Source: Longimicrobiales bacterium (lineage in GTDB: Bacteria; Gemmatimonadota; Gemmatimonadetes; Longimicrobiales; Gaopeijiaceae). Taken from it: a stretch of DNA of 64,000 bases. This document shows positions 46,698 through 56,820 of this stretch, one piece after another. The translations under genes were made by a program, and so were the position numbers. Position 1 is the stretch's first letter, and every line of letters starts with the position of its first letter. Below the pieces are notes generated by a model, which had not been told where the DNA came from, did no database searches, and saw only the letters and a program-made list of their open reading frames with translations. The stretch lies in contig OZ250165.1 in assembly GCA_965238005.1 (NCBI GenBank), positions 2,464,001 to 2,528,000 of the forward strand. Direction: 5' to 3'.

Positions 46698-49094
46698 TCA
46701 TTCGCGCTCGAGTTCTCGAACCGGCGCCAAGTCAGCGACGAAGATGCTTCGGCCGTGTGTTCCGATGGCGATCTCCCCGTCCCGCCGATGGACCTCCAAA
46801 TCGTGCACCGGCGTTGTGGGGAGGTTCGCGCAGAGCGAGTGCCACGTTCCGCCGCTGTCGAGTGAGACGTACACCCCCAGATCCGTACCCACGTACAGGA
46901 TGTCCGCGTAGCGCGGGTCCTCACCGATCACGTTGACCGACTCCGCGGGCAGATTCGCCGCGATCGATGTCCAGCTCTCGCCGAAATCCCTCGATACATA
47001 GAGGTACGTTCCAAAGTCGTCCTCCCGATACCCGGTCTGTGCCACGTATACCGTGCCGATCTCATGATCGGACGCGACCACACGGCTCACCCATTTCCTT
47101 GGAAGTCCATCGCTGACCTTAGACCAGGTGGCTCCATCGTCCCGGGTGAGCCACACGCTTCCCCCCTCCGTCCCCACATAGATCAGTCCCTGCCGAAACC
47201 GGGACTCAGAGATCATCGTGATGGTACCGAACGGCACGGCGGCGCGCTGGCCTCCGGCCGGATCCGAAAGGTCCGGACTGATAGGGTGCCAATCCGCGCT
47301 GCGATTGGTCGATTTCAGCAGACGGTCCGCGCCGACGTACAGCGTTCGTGGATTGTGGTGCGAGATCACGAACGGAGTATACCATCCGAAGCGCCACGGT
47401 GGCTGTCCCTCGGGGGCGCGTGGGCGGATGCTCTCCGAGTCCGGCCCGTTGCTGAGCACGGAGTCGCCCGTGATGACCATGCGCCGCATGTTGCCGTGCT
47501 GGTGCTCGTAGTAGACGAGCGTGCTGTCGGTGGGATCCACGTAAGTGTCGTAGGAGTCTCCTCCCGTCCACCGATCCAGGTAGACATTCTCCCACGGGTC
47601 GTCCGTCGCGTCCTCAAGGGCCACGTTACTCGGGCCGTACAGGGCCGCGTTGTCCTGGGTGCCGCCGTAGATCCGGTAGGGCACGGCCATATCCATGGAG
47701 ATGGAGTAAAACTCCGCCGCAGGGATGTTGTTGATGTGCAGCCAGCTCTCGCCGCGGTCGTAGGACTGAAAGAGCCCTCCGTCGTTGCCCAACAACACCC
47801 GATCCGGATTCAGCGGATCGATCCAAATTTCGTGATGATCCAGATGCATCACGAGCCCACGGGTGTCGTGCATCCGGATGATCTTCTCACCAACGCGCTG
47901 GTACGTTCGGCCGCCATCGGTCGAATGGAACGCGCGATTCCCCAAAATGAAGAGGTCGTCCTCGTTTTCAGGAGACACGCGAACGTCCATGAATTTCCAC
48001 CCATAGACGGTGAACACCGAGTAGAGGTCCTCCTCGTTGGCCCTGCGCCACGTCTCGCCCTTGTCGTCGGAGCGGTACACCTCTCCGCCCACAATCTCGC
48101 GGCGGCGCTGCTCAGAGTCCTGCTCGCCGGTGTATTCGGCCCAGTTGTCGACAAACGCGTAGACGACGTTCGGATTACCGGGAGCCACGTCCAAGCCGAT
48201 GCGGCCGAGAGGGCCTGAGGGCAGACCGACGGTGAGCTCGCTCCAGCTGTGGCCGCCGTCGGTAGTCCGGTAGATGCCGCTCTCCTCACCGCTCTCGGCG
48301 GGCGTGCCGCTCACCGCCTGCCAGAGCGCCGCATAGAGAACGCGCGGGTCAGACGGATCCATGACCAGGTCAACCGCCCCCGTTCGCTCGCTCACGTACA
48401 GCACCTTCTCCCAGCTCTCGCCGCCGTCATTCGTTCGGAACACACCCCGATCTTCGTTTCGGGACCAGAAATGGCCGAGGGCCGCCACGTAGACCACATC
48501 GGGATCGCGGGGATGAATCAGGACCTTGCCGATGTGATGCGTATCATGAAGGCCCATGTTGCGCCATGTACTCCCCGCGTCGGTCGACTTGAAGACGCCC
48601 GTGCCCGCAAAGGAGTAACCGCTATGCCGCGGTTGTGTCTCTCCCGTCCCAACCCACACGACATTCGGATTCGAGGTCGAGACCGCGACGTCGCCGATGG
48701 TGAACGTGGACTGCTTCTCGAAAATGGCACGCCATGTAAGCCCGTTGTTCTCGGTCTTCCAGAGATTGCCTGAACCCACGCCGACGTAAATGGTCCCGTG
48801 ATTTCCCCGAGGCACGGCGATCGCCTCGACTCTGGCTCCCGCCTGCTTGGGTCCCACGACCCGCCACTGGAAATCCTTGAACGGCGACTCGCGCTCGAGG
48901 CGGACATGTTGCTCCCAGGACGTCTTGCGCGTCGCCGGGTCGGTGGCCTGGGCGGCCACATCGGATACGGCGATGATTCCAGGAATGCCCGGCAGGCTTA
49001 CAATCCATGCGATAAGGGCTGAACGCCACGCTTTGCGGTTTCCGTAGACATGGCCTCCAATGCCGCGAGACCTACAGGATTTGTGCTCGGTCAT
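46698..49094 (-). CDS. VPS10/sortilin-like BNR-repeat protein
   Basis: Many S/T-x-D-x-G-x-T/S-W Asp-boxes, GNDGG, GGTQDN, THGRS. Start uncertain. Confidence 0.85.
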   Translation of the reverse strand: MTEHKSCRSRGIGGHVYGNRKAWRSALIAWIVSLPGIPGIIAVSDVAAQATDPATRKTSWEQHVRLERESPFKDFQWRVVGPKQAGARVEAIAVPRGNHGTIYVGVGSGNLWKTENNGLTWRAIFEKQSTFTIGDVAVSTSNPNVVWVGTGETQPRHSGYSFAGTGVFKSTDAGSTWRNMGLHDTHHIGKVLIHPRDPDVVYVAALGHFWSRNEDRGVFRTNDGGESWEKVLYVSERTGAVDLVMDPSDPRVLYAALWQAVSGTPAESGEESGIYRTTDGGHSWSELTVGLPSGPLGRIGLDVAPGNPNVVYAFVDNWAEYTGEQDSEQRRREIVGGEVYRSDDKGETWRRANEEDLYSVFTVYGWKFMDVRVSPENEDDLFILGNRAFHSTDGGRTYQRVGEKIIRMHDTRGLVMHLDHHEIWIDPLNPDRVLLGNDGGLFQSYDRGESWLHINNIPAAEFYSISMDMAVPYRIYGGTQDNAALYGPSNVALEDATDDPWENVYLDRWTGGDSYDTYVDPTDSTLVYYEHQHGNMRRMVITGDSVLSNGPDSESIRPRAPEGQPPWRFGWYTPFVISHHNPRTLYVGADRLLKSTNRSADWHPISPDLSDPAGGQRAAVPFGTITMISESRFRQGLIYVGTEGGSVWLTRDDGATWSKVSDGLPRKWVSRVVASDHEIGTVYVAQTGYREDDFGTYLYVSRDFGESWTSIAANLPAESVNVIGEDPRYADILYVGTDLGVYVSLDSGGTWHSLCANLPTTPVHDLEVHRRDGEIAIGTHGRSIFVADLAPVRELERE

Positions 49095-49168
49095 GTGTGA
49101 ATCCGGCGTCGAAAGACGGAGAATAGGTCTGAATCCCAAGCGGGGCGCCACTCACCAACGCGCATTCC

Positions 49169-52100
49169 CTACCGCTTCCCTTTGTTCGGCCACACCTCGT
49201 CCATCGTGTCTCCCTCCCACATCACGCCGGCCTTCATCACGTAGCGAATCGAGTTGGTGTTCCTGAGGTCCACCAGCGGATTCCGATCGAGGACCATTAG
49301 GTCCGCGATCTTTCCGGGCTCCAGCGAGCCGAGGTCGTCCTTCATCCCCATGGCCTCCGCGCCGGTGAGGGTCGCGCTCCGGAGCGCCTCGAACGGAGTT
49401 AATCCGCCGCTCGCCATCGCCCAGACCTCCCAGTGGGAGCCGAGCCCCTGCACCTGACCGTGCGAGCCCATCCCGACCTTCCCGCCGGCACGCACTAGGT
49501 CGCGAACAACCTCGGACCGCCACGTGGGGAGCTCGTGCGGCATCAGCCACTGGTTGTGACCCTGCACCTCCCTGTCGAGGAAGACGTGAGGAATGAAGCG
49601 CCGCAACTTCTCATCGTCATGTGGACTGGTCGTAGTCACGAAATAGGATTCGAATCCGCCGGAAACCAGCGTCGGGACGTAGAAGGCGCCGGTCCGGGCG
49701 AACAGCTCGATCACGTCCTTCTTCGCCGGTGCTGCCGCGTAGACGTGCTCGAGGCTCGTCGCGCCGTCCATCAACGGCCGGATTTCGCGCCGCGGGCCAC
49801 GCGCCGGATCCTCCACCACCTGGAGCCCCTCCTCGCGGCTCGCCTGGATGATCCATTGCACCTGGTCGCGCCTCGGCACCGTGTGGTCCTTGATGGAGGT
49901 GGCGCCGAGCGCCTTCTGGTTCCGCACGAGGCGGCGCGCCTCCTCGAGGTCGTTCGGCACTCCGCAGCAGTGGTTCTTCACGTGCATGAAGATGTCCCCA
50001 GTCCCGTGCATCCGTGGGCCGAGGGCGGTCCCGGCCTCCACCAGCTCGGCCATTCCGAAGAGCGTCTGGCTGCGGATGGAGGGGTCTCTCCACGTCGTGA
50101 CGCCATAGGCGAGGTTGGCCATCAGGAAGGGGTTCCGCTGGAGGTAGAGGTGCCCCTGCGCCTGTGACCCGCTACAGCAGATGAGGTGGGCGTGGAGATC
50201 GATGAATCCCGGGATGATCGTCTTGCCGGAGAGGTCCATCGTGGTAGCGCTCACCGGCGCCTCGACCTGCCCCGCCGGTCCTACGGCGGCGATGCGCCCG
50301 TTCGAGACGAGAATGTCGCCGCTCTCAAGGACCTCGTCGCCTTTCATGGTGATCAGGCGGGCGTTTCTGAGCAGCAGGTGGCCCTCCCCCTGGACGCGGG
50401 GGAGCTCGAACGAAACGTCCGTGACCTGGGGCGCTACCCTCTCGCCGCTGGACGCGGAGGCGAGGTCCACCTGGTACACCTTCGGGCCCCAGCTCCACAG
50501 CAGCCTCTTCCCGCCGTCCATCCAGTACAGGTAATCGCCCTGTGGGCCGAGTAGATAGACCGGGAACGCGCCGCCACCCGACTGGACGAGGGTCGGGTCC
50601 TTGCCGGGGGGCGGGAGCGCCGCCAGGTAGACGTTTTGCCTCTCCGTATAGAGGACCCACCTACCGTCGGGTGAGGGCATCAGCTCGTCGGCGAACTCGA
50701 AGTGGGCGATGCACTGGCGGTCGGCCCCGTCGAGAGTCACGGAGCAGACCCGGACGGCGAGAGGCATGTAGCCGGAAGCTGGAGCGCCTGGCGCAGCGTA
50801 GGGGACCGTGTAGTAGATCCGCTCGCCGCTTTCGTCGAACGTCGCCCGTTGGGGCGGCTTCCGCCAGTTCCCTCTCGCCGTCACCGAGGTGATGATGTGG
50901 AGCTCACCGCCACTCTCCGCGTCCAGCCAGTGGAAATGGTAGTCCTGCTCCGTGTAGCCGTCGGCCTCCATCCGCTGCTCGGAGACGACCAGCTTCTTCC
51001 CGTCGAGCGACCAGGAGATGTTCTGGTAACGCCCGGGGCGCACGCCGAGCGACGTTCCCGGTCCTCCGGCCGCCGGGGCTCTCATGAGCCGCCCGCCAAT
51101 CGAGTCGTCCCAATCGACGTACGCGACCCATTGCCCATCGGGGGACACCGCGGGCGCGTACTGGAGGCCGGGGCCGTTGGCGAAGGGGGTCGCCCGCCGT
51201 GACTTGGTATCGTATCGGTAGAGCTTTCCGGCAGCGCCCAAGATCAGCTCGTTCGCCCCGAGCGCCTGGACCCAGTGCAGCACCTTCGGGCTGAAGGGAC
51301 CGTCGGAGAGCGTGTGCTTGGGGTTCAACGTCTCGGTGACGGTTAGCTCGACGTCGGCCGTGAACGGGATCACCGTCATGGCGCCCGAGGCCAGGTCGAC
51401 CCGCCGGAACTTGCCGTCGGCGGTGAAGACGATCGCCCGCTCGTCGGGCGTGAAGGCGTAGCCGGGAAGGTCATCGAGGTCTCCGGACCCGGAGCGCCTT
51501 GTGTAGTCGAGGCCGCTGTACAGGATGCGGTCGCGGCCGCTGTCGAGGTCCCGCAGGATGAGGCGCGGCACCGCGTCGATGGTCGTCGCGAAGGAGAGGA
51601 GGCGACCGCTCGGGCTGATCGCGGGCCGGCTTACATCGGCGTACCCGGAGACGACCGTCGTCTTCTCGCCGGTGCGCCGGTCGAGCCGCTCGATGCGATT
51701 GTCGAGAGTGTAATAGAGCCAGCGCCCATCCGCCGAAGCCACCAGGCCCGCAGCGCCGTCCTCTGCGACGGGCGTGCCGGACCCGCCCTGGTGGTGCATC
51801 ATCACGTATTCCCCCAGCCGGCTGAAGGGGAGCTCCTCGCGCGCTGTGAAAATGAACTGCCCGCTCGGATCCCATGAGGGCGACCCGTACTGATAGCCGC
51901 CCCCACTTGAGGGCGCCCCGTACCGATAGTTGCCATCCTTGGTGATCATGGTCGGCGTGCCACCCTCCACGGGAATGACCCAGAGCTGATCCGAGCCGGA
52001 TGGATCGGAGGCGAACAGCACGCGCCTGCCGTCGGGAGAGAACCGCGGGGTCGCGTCCCAGCGCGTGCCGCTGGTGAACCGCGTGGCCTTCCCGCCGGCG

Positions 52101-52327
52101 ATCGGCAGCGTGTAGAGGTCGCCCAGCAGGTCGAAGATCAGCGTCCGCCCGTCGGGCGACACATCCACCGACATCCAGGTCCCCTCGTCCACCGTGTATT
52201 TGAGGTCGAGCGCCGGCCCGTGGATCTCTTCGACTGACCAGGGCTTCGCGGGCGCCTGCGCGCTCGCCGGTCCTGGGAGAAGAAGCAGGCCCAGGAGCAA
52301 CGCCACTGAGGGTATGATAGCGGTCAC
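49169..52327 (-). CDS. Secreted amidohydrolase with N-terminal TolB/PD40 propeller
   Basis: EGTWMSVDVSPDG, PGFIDLHAH, GSLEPGKIADL; GTG start with GGAGG RBS. Confidence 0.88.
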   Translation of the reverse strand: MTAIIPSVALLLGLLLLPGPASAQAPAKPWSVEEIHGPALDLKYTVDEGTWMSVDVSPDGRTLIFDLLGDLYTLPIAGGKATRFTSGTRWDATPRFSPDGRRVLFASDPSGSDQLWVIPVEGGTPTMITKDGNYRYGAPSSGGGYQYGSPSWDPSGQFIFTAREELPFSRLGEYVMMHHQGGSGTPVAEDGAAGLVASADGRWLYYTLDNRIERLDRRTGEKTTVVSGYADVSRPAISPSGRLLSFATTIDAVPRLILRDLDSGRDRILYSGLDYTRRSGSGDLDDLPGYAFTPDERAIVFTADGKFRRVDLASGAMTVIPFTADVELTVTETLNPKHTLSDGPFSPKVLHWVQALGANELILGAAGKLYRYDTKSRRATPFANGPGLQYAPAVSPDGQWVAYVDWDDSIGGRLMRAPAAGGPGTSLGVRPGRYQNISWSLDGKKLVVSEQRMEADGYTEQDYHFHWLDAESGGELHIITSVTARGNWRKPPQRATFDESGERIYYTVPYAAPGAPASGYMPLAVRVCSVTLDGADRQCIAHFEFADELMPSPDGRWVLYTERQNVYLAALPPPGKDPTLVQSGGGAFPVYLLGPQGDYLYWMDGGKRLLWSWGPKVYQVDLASASSGERVAPQVTDVSFELPRVQGEGHLLLRNARLITMKGDEVLESGDILVSNGRIAAVGPAGQVEAPVSATTMDLSGKTIIPGFIDLHAHLICCSGSQAQGHLYLQRNPFLMANLAYGVTTWRDPSIRSQTLFGMAELVEAGTALGPRMHGTGDIFMHVKNHCCGVPNDLEEARRLVRNQKALGATSIKDHTVPRRDQVQWIIQASREEGLQVVEDPARGPRREIRPLMDGATSLEHVYAAAPAKKDVIELFARTGAFYVPTLVSGGFESYFVTTTSPHDDEKLRRFIPHVFLDREVQGHNQWLMPHELPTWRSEVVRDLVRAGGKVGMGSHGQVQGLGSHWEVWAMASGGLTPFEALRSATLTGAEAMGMKDDLGSLEPGKIADLMVLDRNPLVDLRNTNSIRYVMKAGVMWEGDTMDEVWPNKGKR

Positions 52328-52632
52328 TTGAACCTCCGTGATCGAGGAGAGAGGGAGGATGAGAATTCCAAACGCCGTTTTTGCGTGGGCGTGCAGTGTA
52401 GAACGGGGAGGGTGGACCGTCAAGAAGGCGCAGGCTGCCCGGATGCGACGCTTGATCTCTCCGTGCAGCCGCTCGAGTCCGTCGGTCGTCCTTGGCTGCA
52501 GATGCTCCTTTTTGTGCGCTGGGCGAGTTCACAATACGTTCAGTGTCGTAGCGCCAGTGACCGGGTCGCCGACCGCTGATTTGCAGAGTCGTTAGCAGCC
52601 CGAGAAGAACCGTCACCCGCTGAAGGAGCCGA

Positions 52633-54447
52633 ATGATGAAACTTACATACTCTAAAGTTTTCTTGTTCGTTGGAATCGGGATGATCTCTTTTACGTCTCG
52701 CGTATGGGCGCAAGATGCAGGCGTCGAGATTAGGGTAGACCGAAAGATCCCGATGCGTGATGGGGTGCAATTGTCGGCGATCATCTGGAAACCCGCCAAC
52801 CAGCAAGAACCCCTACCGGTTGTACTTGTCAAGACGCCTTATATCGCCGATGGAGACCATCACCTGGCCCTCAAATTTGTTGACAATGGATACGTCTACG
52901 TCAGCGTAGACCGTCGGGGGCGAGGGAATTCAGAGGGTGAATTCAATCCCTTAGAAGACAGTGGACTAGATGGCTATGATGTGATTGCCTGGTTGGCAAA
53001 ACAGCCTTGGAGCAATGGACAGATTGCGATGCGCGGGGGATCGTACCGGGGTATGGTGCAGTGGAAAATTATGGCCGAGCATCCCCAGCAACTAATCTCG
53101 ACAGTTCCGACTGCCCCCGTATATCCAGGGCATACCTTTCCTAAGACCAAAAACATCTTCATGAGTTATATGGCTGCCTGGTTGGCTTTTACCAACACAC
53201 GCACAGGCAACACCGAATTATTTGGGGCAAGACAATATTGGTCTGAGAAATACCAAGAAATGTATACGGAGCATCTTCCTTTCCGTAAGCTCGATAGCCT
53301 TACGGCAACCAATTCCCGCATCTTTCACCGGTGGTTGGACCATCCCAGTCATGATGCGTACTGGCAGAGCCTAACTCCCTCAGCTGAAGACTATGCCGGC
53401 ATCAACATGCCTATCTTGACCATCACCGGCCATTTTGACGCAGATCAACCGGGGGCCATGCGTTATTACCGAGAGCATATGCAGTATGCCTCGTCCGAAG
53501 CTCGTGACCAACATTACCTTCTCATGGGACCTTGGAGCCATGGAGGGACACGCAATCCTGAAAAAGAGTTGGGCGGGTTTACCTTTGGGGATAATAGTGT
53601 CTTAGATATGGATCAACTTCAGATCGATTGGTTTGATTGGGTGCTGAAAAGGGGCGAAAAACCTGAGATCCTGAAGGATAGAGTCAATTTCTATGTGATG
53701 GGCGATCAACAGTGGCGGCATGTGAATACGCTGGGGGAGATGCACAACGATACACGCACGTTCTATCTAACATCGGAAAACAGTGGCGCGAACGATGTAT
53801 TTCACTCCGGTACCCTAAGTGAAAGTATTCCACCCGAGCAAAATCCCGACGCCTTCGTCTACGACCCCTTAGATACATCTGCCGTCGTATCGACACCGCA
53901 GGGTTTCTCGAATCGGTCTTATCTAAGTCAGACCGTTGCGTTTGATGAGAATGTGCTTGTTTACCACAGTTCACCGTTAGCGGTAGAAACAACGCTTTCA
54001 GGAGTTATCAAGTTCACAGCCTATCTCTCGATGGATGTACCTGACACCGATTTGCTGGCTAGCTTATACGCTATCCTGCCCGACGGGATGAGCTACTACC
54101 TGGGCAACGATATGGTTCGGGCACGGTACCGTAAGAGTTTGTCACAAGCCGAGTTGGTCGCATCTGATCAGACAGAGGAGTACATTTTTGATGGATTCTA
54201 CCTCACGGTGCGCACGCTGCCTAAGGGTACCCGTTTACGGCTAATTCTTGGCTCTGTGAATTCAGCTAACTGGCAGAAAAACTACAACTCAGGTGGCGAG
54301 ATCAGCGAGGAAACGGCAAAGGATGCCCGTACAGCAACGATCAAGGTTCATATGGGGGGGACTCATGCCAGTTTTTTAGAATTGCCCATCTTGCGTTCAC
54401 AGAAAGAACCGGAGCATGCTACAGAAACACTTGGTAATCAAAGATAG
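52633..54447 (+). CDS. CocE/NonD family hydrolase (peptidase S15)
   Basis: IPMRDGVQL, TPY, RGRGNSEG, GGSYRG nucleophile, GPWSH. Confidence 0.9.
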   Translation: MMKLTYSKVFLFVGIGMISFTSRVWAQDAGVEIRVDRKIPMRDGVQLSAIIWKPANQQEPLPVVLVKTPYIADGDHHLALKFVDNGYVYVSVDRRGRGNSEGEFNPLEDSGLDGYDVIAWLAKQPWSNGQIAMRGGSYRGMVQWKIMAEHPQQLISTVPTAPVYPGHTFPKTKNIFMSYMAAWLAFTNTRTGNTELFGARQYWSEKYQEMYTEHLPFRKLDSLTATNSRIFHRWLDHPSHDAYWQSLTPSAEDYAGINMPILTITGHFDADQPGAMRYYREHMQYASSEARDQHYLLMGPWSHGGTRNPEKELGGFTFGDNSVLDMDQLQIDWFDWVLKRGEKPEILKDRVNFYVMGDQQWRHVNTLGEMHNDTRTFYLTSENSGANDVFHSGTLSESIPPEQNPDAFVYDPLDTSAVVSTPQGFSNRSYLSQTVAFDENVLVYHSSPLAVETTLSGVIKFTAYLSMDVPDTDLLASLYAILPDGMSYYLGNDMVRARYRKSLSQAELVASDQTEEYIFDGFYLTVRTLPKGTRLRLILGSVNSANWQKNYNSGGEISEETAKDARTATIKVHMGGTHASFLELPILRSQKEPEHATETLGNQR

Positions 54448-54845
54448 AAGAACTGCAATCTTGGCATGAGTTGCCAGAGACACGTCCGTTGGGGTCGCTA
54501 AACCGAGCGTATGCAGCCGACCCCAAACTCAGTCCCTGCCCGACTAGACACAGCCCGCCGGAATGGCCCGTCCCGGACCCGGGGTCGGGTCCGTCGGCAT
54601 CCCTTGACCATCCAACGCATCCGCTCGTCGCGTCCTTATTCACCGGCCATCTTTATCGGGAAGGAGAGCGTCTCGCTGTCGCCCAACGTCTCCTGGGGGC
54701 GACGGGGTTCCACGAGAAGCGCCCACCCCTGTTCTCTTGACGAGCACCGCACGCCATTGCGCCCGCCCATCTCTCGACAACGGGCAACGCCGGATGACCA
54801 GAGGGACCCAATAACCCTTTGCAACTTTCTACTGGAGACGAATTC

Positions 54846-56672
54846 ATGATCTATCGCAGAGTAGCGGATGTTCCATTCTGTTCTAAGTTGCTTTTCGCGG
54901 TGCTACTCATGATGCCGCACGGCCTGCGGGCGCAGAATGCGGAGATAGACTTGCCCACGGGCTGGGAGGGTGATGCGCCGGTGCTCTCTTCGCTCGTCAA
55001 TTTTGCTCGCAGTGAGAGCAATCTGCGAGTAGCCGTGAAGCGCTATGTGGAAGACAAGGCGTCCATCGAACGGCGTTATGAAGTGCTCTACTCACCCGCC
55101 CGCAACCAGCGCCTGAACACCTTCCACCGGGCTTGGCTGCAGCGCCTCGAGGAACTTGACTTCGATGCCCTGAATCACGAAGGCCAGATCGATTACATCG
55201 CGCTTCGCAACCGCGTCGAATATGACCTTGAGACACTGCATCTTGCCGAACGACAAGCGAAGGAGATGGTGCCGCTGCTCCCATTCGGAGATCAGCTCCG
55301 CTTGTTGCAGGAAGATCGGCACGACCGGAAACGGGTCGATCCGCAGACAGCAGCCACGACACTGGACGAGGTCACGCAGCAGGTGACCGGTCTGACGCGC
55401 GCGCTTGTTGCGGAGGCGCGGGAAGCAGGAGGTTTGGTAACGCGAAGCGGCATTTCGCCCGTAATCGCCTGGCGGGCCGCCAGACAGATCGAGCATCTTC
55501 GCACCGTGCTGGCGGATTGGAACACGTTTTACGATGGCTATGACCCGATCTATTCCTGGTGGGTACGTGAACCCTATGGCCGGGTGGACGCCGCCTTGCA
55601 GGATTACGTCGGCGCCATCGACGAACATCTAGTAGATATCAAACCGGGCGGAAAAGCACCCATCATCGGTGACCCGGTCCTGGCCGACGGCCTGCGCGTC
55701 GAGCTGGACGTACAGATGATCCCGTACACTCCGGAGGAACTGATCGCCATCGGCCAACGGGAGTTTGATTGGATCGAAAACCAGTTCAGGATCGTATCCC
55801 GGGAGATGGGCTATGGCGACGACTGGAAAGCCGCGCTTGAGTATGCCAAGAGCCTCGCACCGCCGCCCGGTGAGAAGCCGTGGCTCATCTTCGAAATTCA
55901 AGAATACTCGGAAGACTTCGTCGCGAAGCTCGATATGATCACCTTGCCGCCGCTCACGCGGGAGGTCTGGCGTCTCGCAATGCAGACGCCGGAGAGGCAG
56001 ATCATCAATCCGTTCTTCAGTGGGGGTGAGGTCACGCGGGTCTCCTATCCGACGGACGGGATGGCCCATCAGGACAAGCTGATGAGTATGCGCGGCAACT
56101 CGCCGCACCTCAACTTTGGCAGCGTGCAGCATGAGCTCGTTCCCGGTCATTACATGCAGGGGTTCCTGACCCGTCGTTTCAATCCACATCGAGGTGAGCT
56201 TCTGCGCACTCCGTTTTGGGGCGAAGGCTGGGCGCAGTATTGGGAGTTTCAGCTCTTGCCGCGGGATTTTCCGCGCAACAACCCGGACAAGGTCGGCATG
56301 CTGTTTTGGCGATTGCATCGCGCTTCGCGAATCATCTTTTCGCTCAACTATCAGCTCGGCAACTGGACCCCAAAACAGGCGGTCGATTTTCTTGTGGAAC
56401 GGGGCGGGCACGAGCGCGCGAATGCGGAGGCAGAGGTACGCCGCAGCGCCATGGCTTCGCCGCTTTACCAGGCGGGCTATATGATTGGCGCGCTCCAGTT
56501 TCGCTCACTCTACCAGGAACTGGTCGAGTCCGGCCGGATGAGCGCGACGCAATTTCATGACGCCATCATGTTGGGCGGTCGTTTGCCCGTCGAACTGGTA
56601 CGCGCTCGGCTAACCAATCAACCACTCACCCGAAACTACAGGAGTCAGTGGCGTTTCGACAGCCTACCCTAA
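54846..56672 (+). CDS. DUF885 family protein (putative metallopeptidase)
   Basis: HELVPGH, EGWAQYWE, WRLHRASRI, EAEVRR, YQAGYMIG, FHDA. Confidence 0.88.
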   Translation: MIYRRVADVPFCSKLLFAVLLMMPHGLRAQNAEIDLPTGWEGDAPVLSSLVNFARSESNLRVAVKRYVEDKASIERRYEVLYSPARNQRLNTFHRAWLQRLEELDFDALNHEGQIDYIALRNRVEYDLETLHLAERQAKEMVPLLPFGDQLRLLQEDRHDRKRVDPQTAATTLDEVTQQVTGLTRALVAEAREAGGLVTRSGISPVIAWRAARQIEHLRTVLADWNTFYDGYDPIYSWWVREPYGRVDAALQDYVGAIDEHLVDIKPGGKAPIIGDPVLADGLRVELDVQMIPYTPEELIAIGQREFDWIENQFRIVSREMGYGDDWKAALEYAKSLAPPPGEKPWLIFEIQEYSEDFVAKLDMITLPPLTREVWRLAMQTPERQIINPFFSGGEVTRVSYPTDGMAHQDKLMSMRGNSPHLNFGSVQHELVPGHYMQGFLTRRFNPHRGELLRTPFWGEGWAQYWEFQLLPRDFPRNNPDKVGMLFWRLHRASRIIFSLNYQLGNWTPKQAVDFLVERGGHERANAEAEVRRSAMASPLYQAGYMIGALQFRSLYQELVESGRMSATQFHDAIMLGGRLPVELVRARLTNQPLTRNYRSQWRFDSLP

Positions 56673-56820
56673 GCCAAATTACCCTAAGCCAACTAATGTG
56701 AGAATGCGCCAAAAAGAGCTTGCCGCCGCTGGCTTCGCCACACCAGCCCTCCTCCGACCGCACCCCGACTCGGGTCCGCCGAGTCCCTAAAGTCGAGCGG
56801 CCCGCTGAGTGGAGAGAACA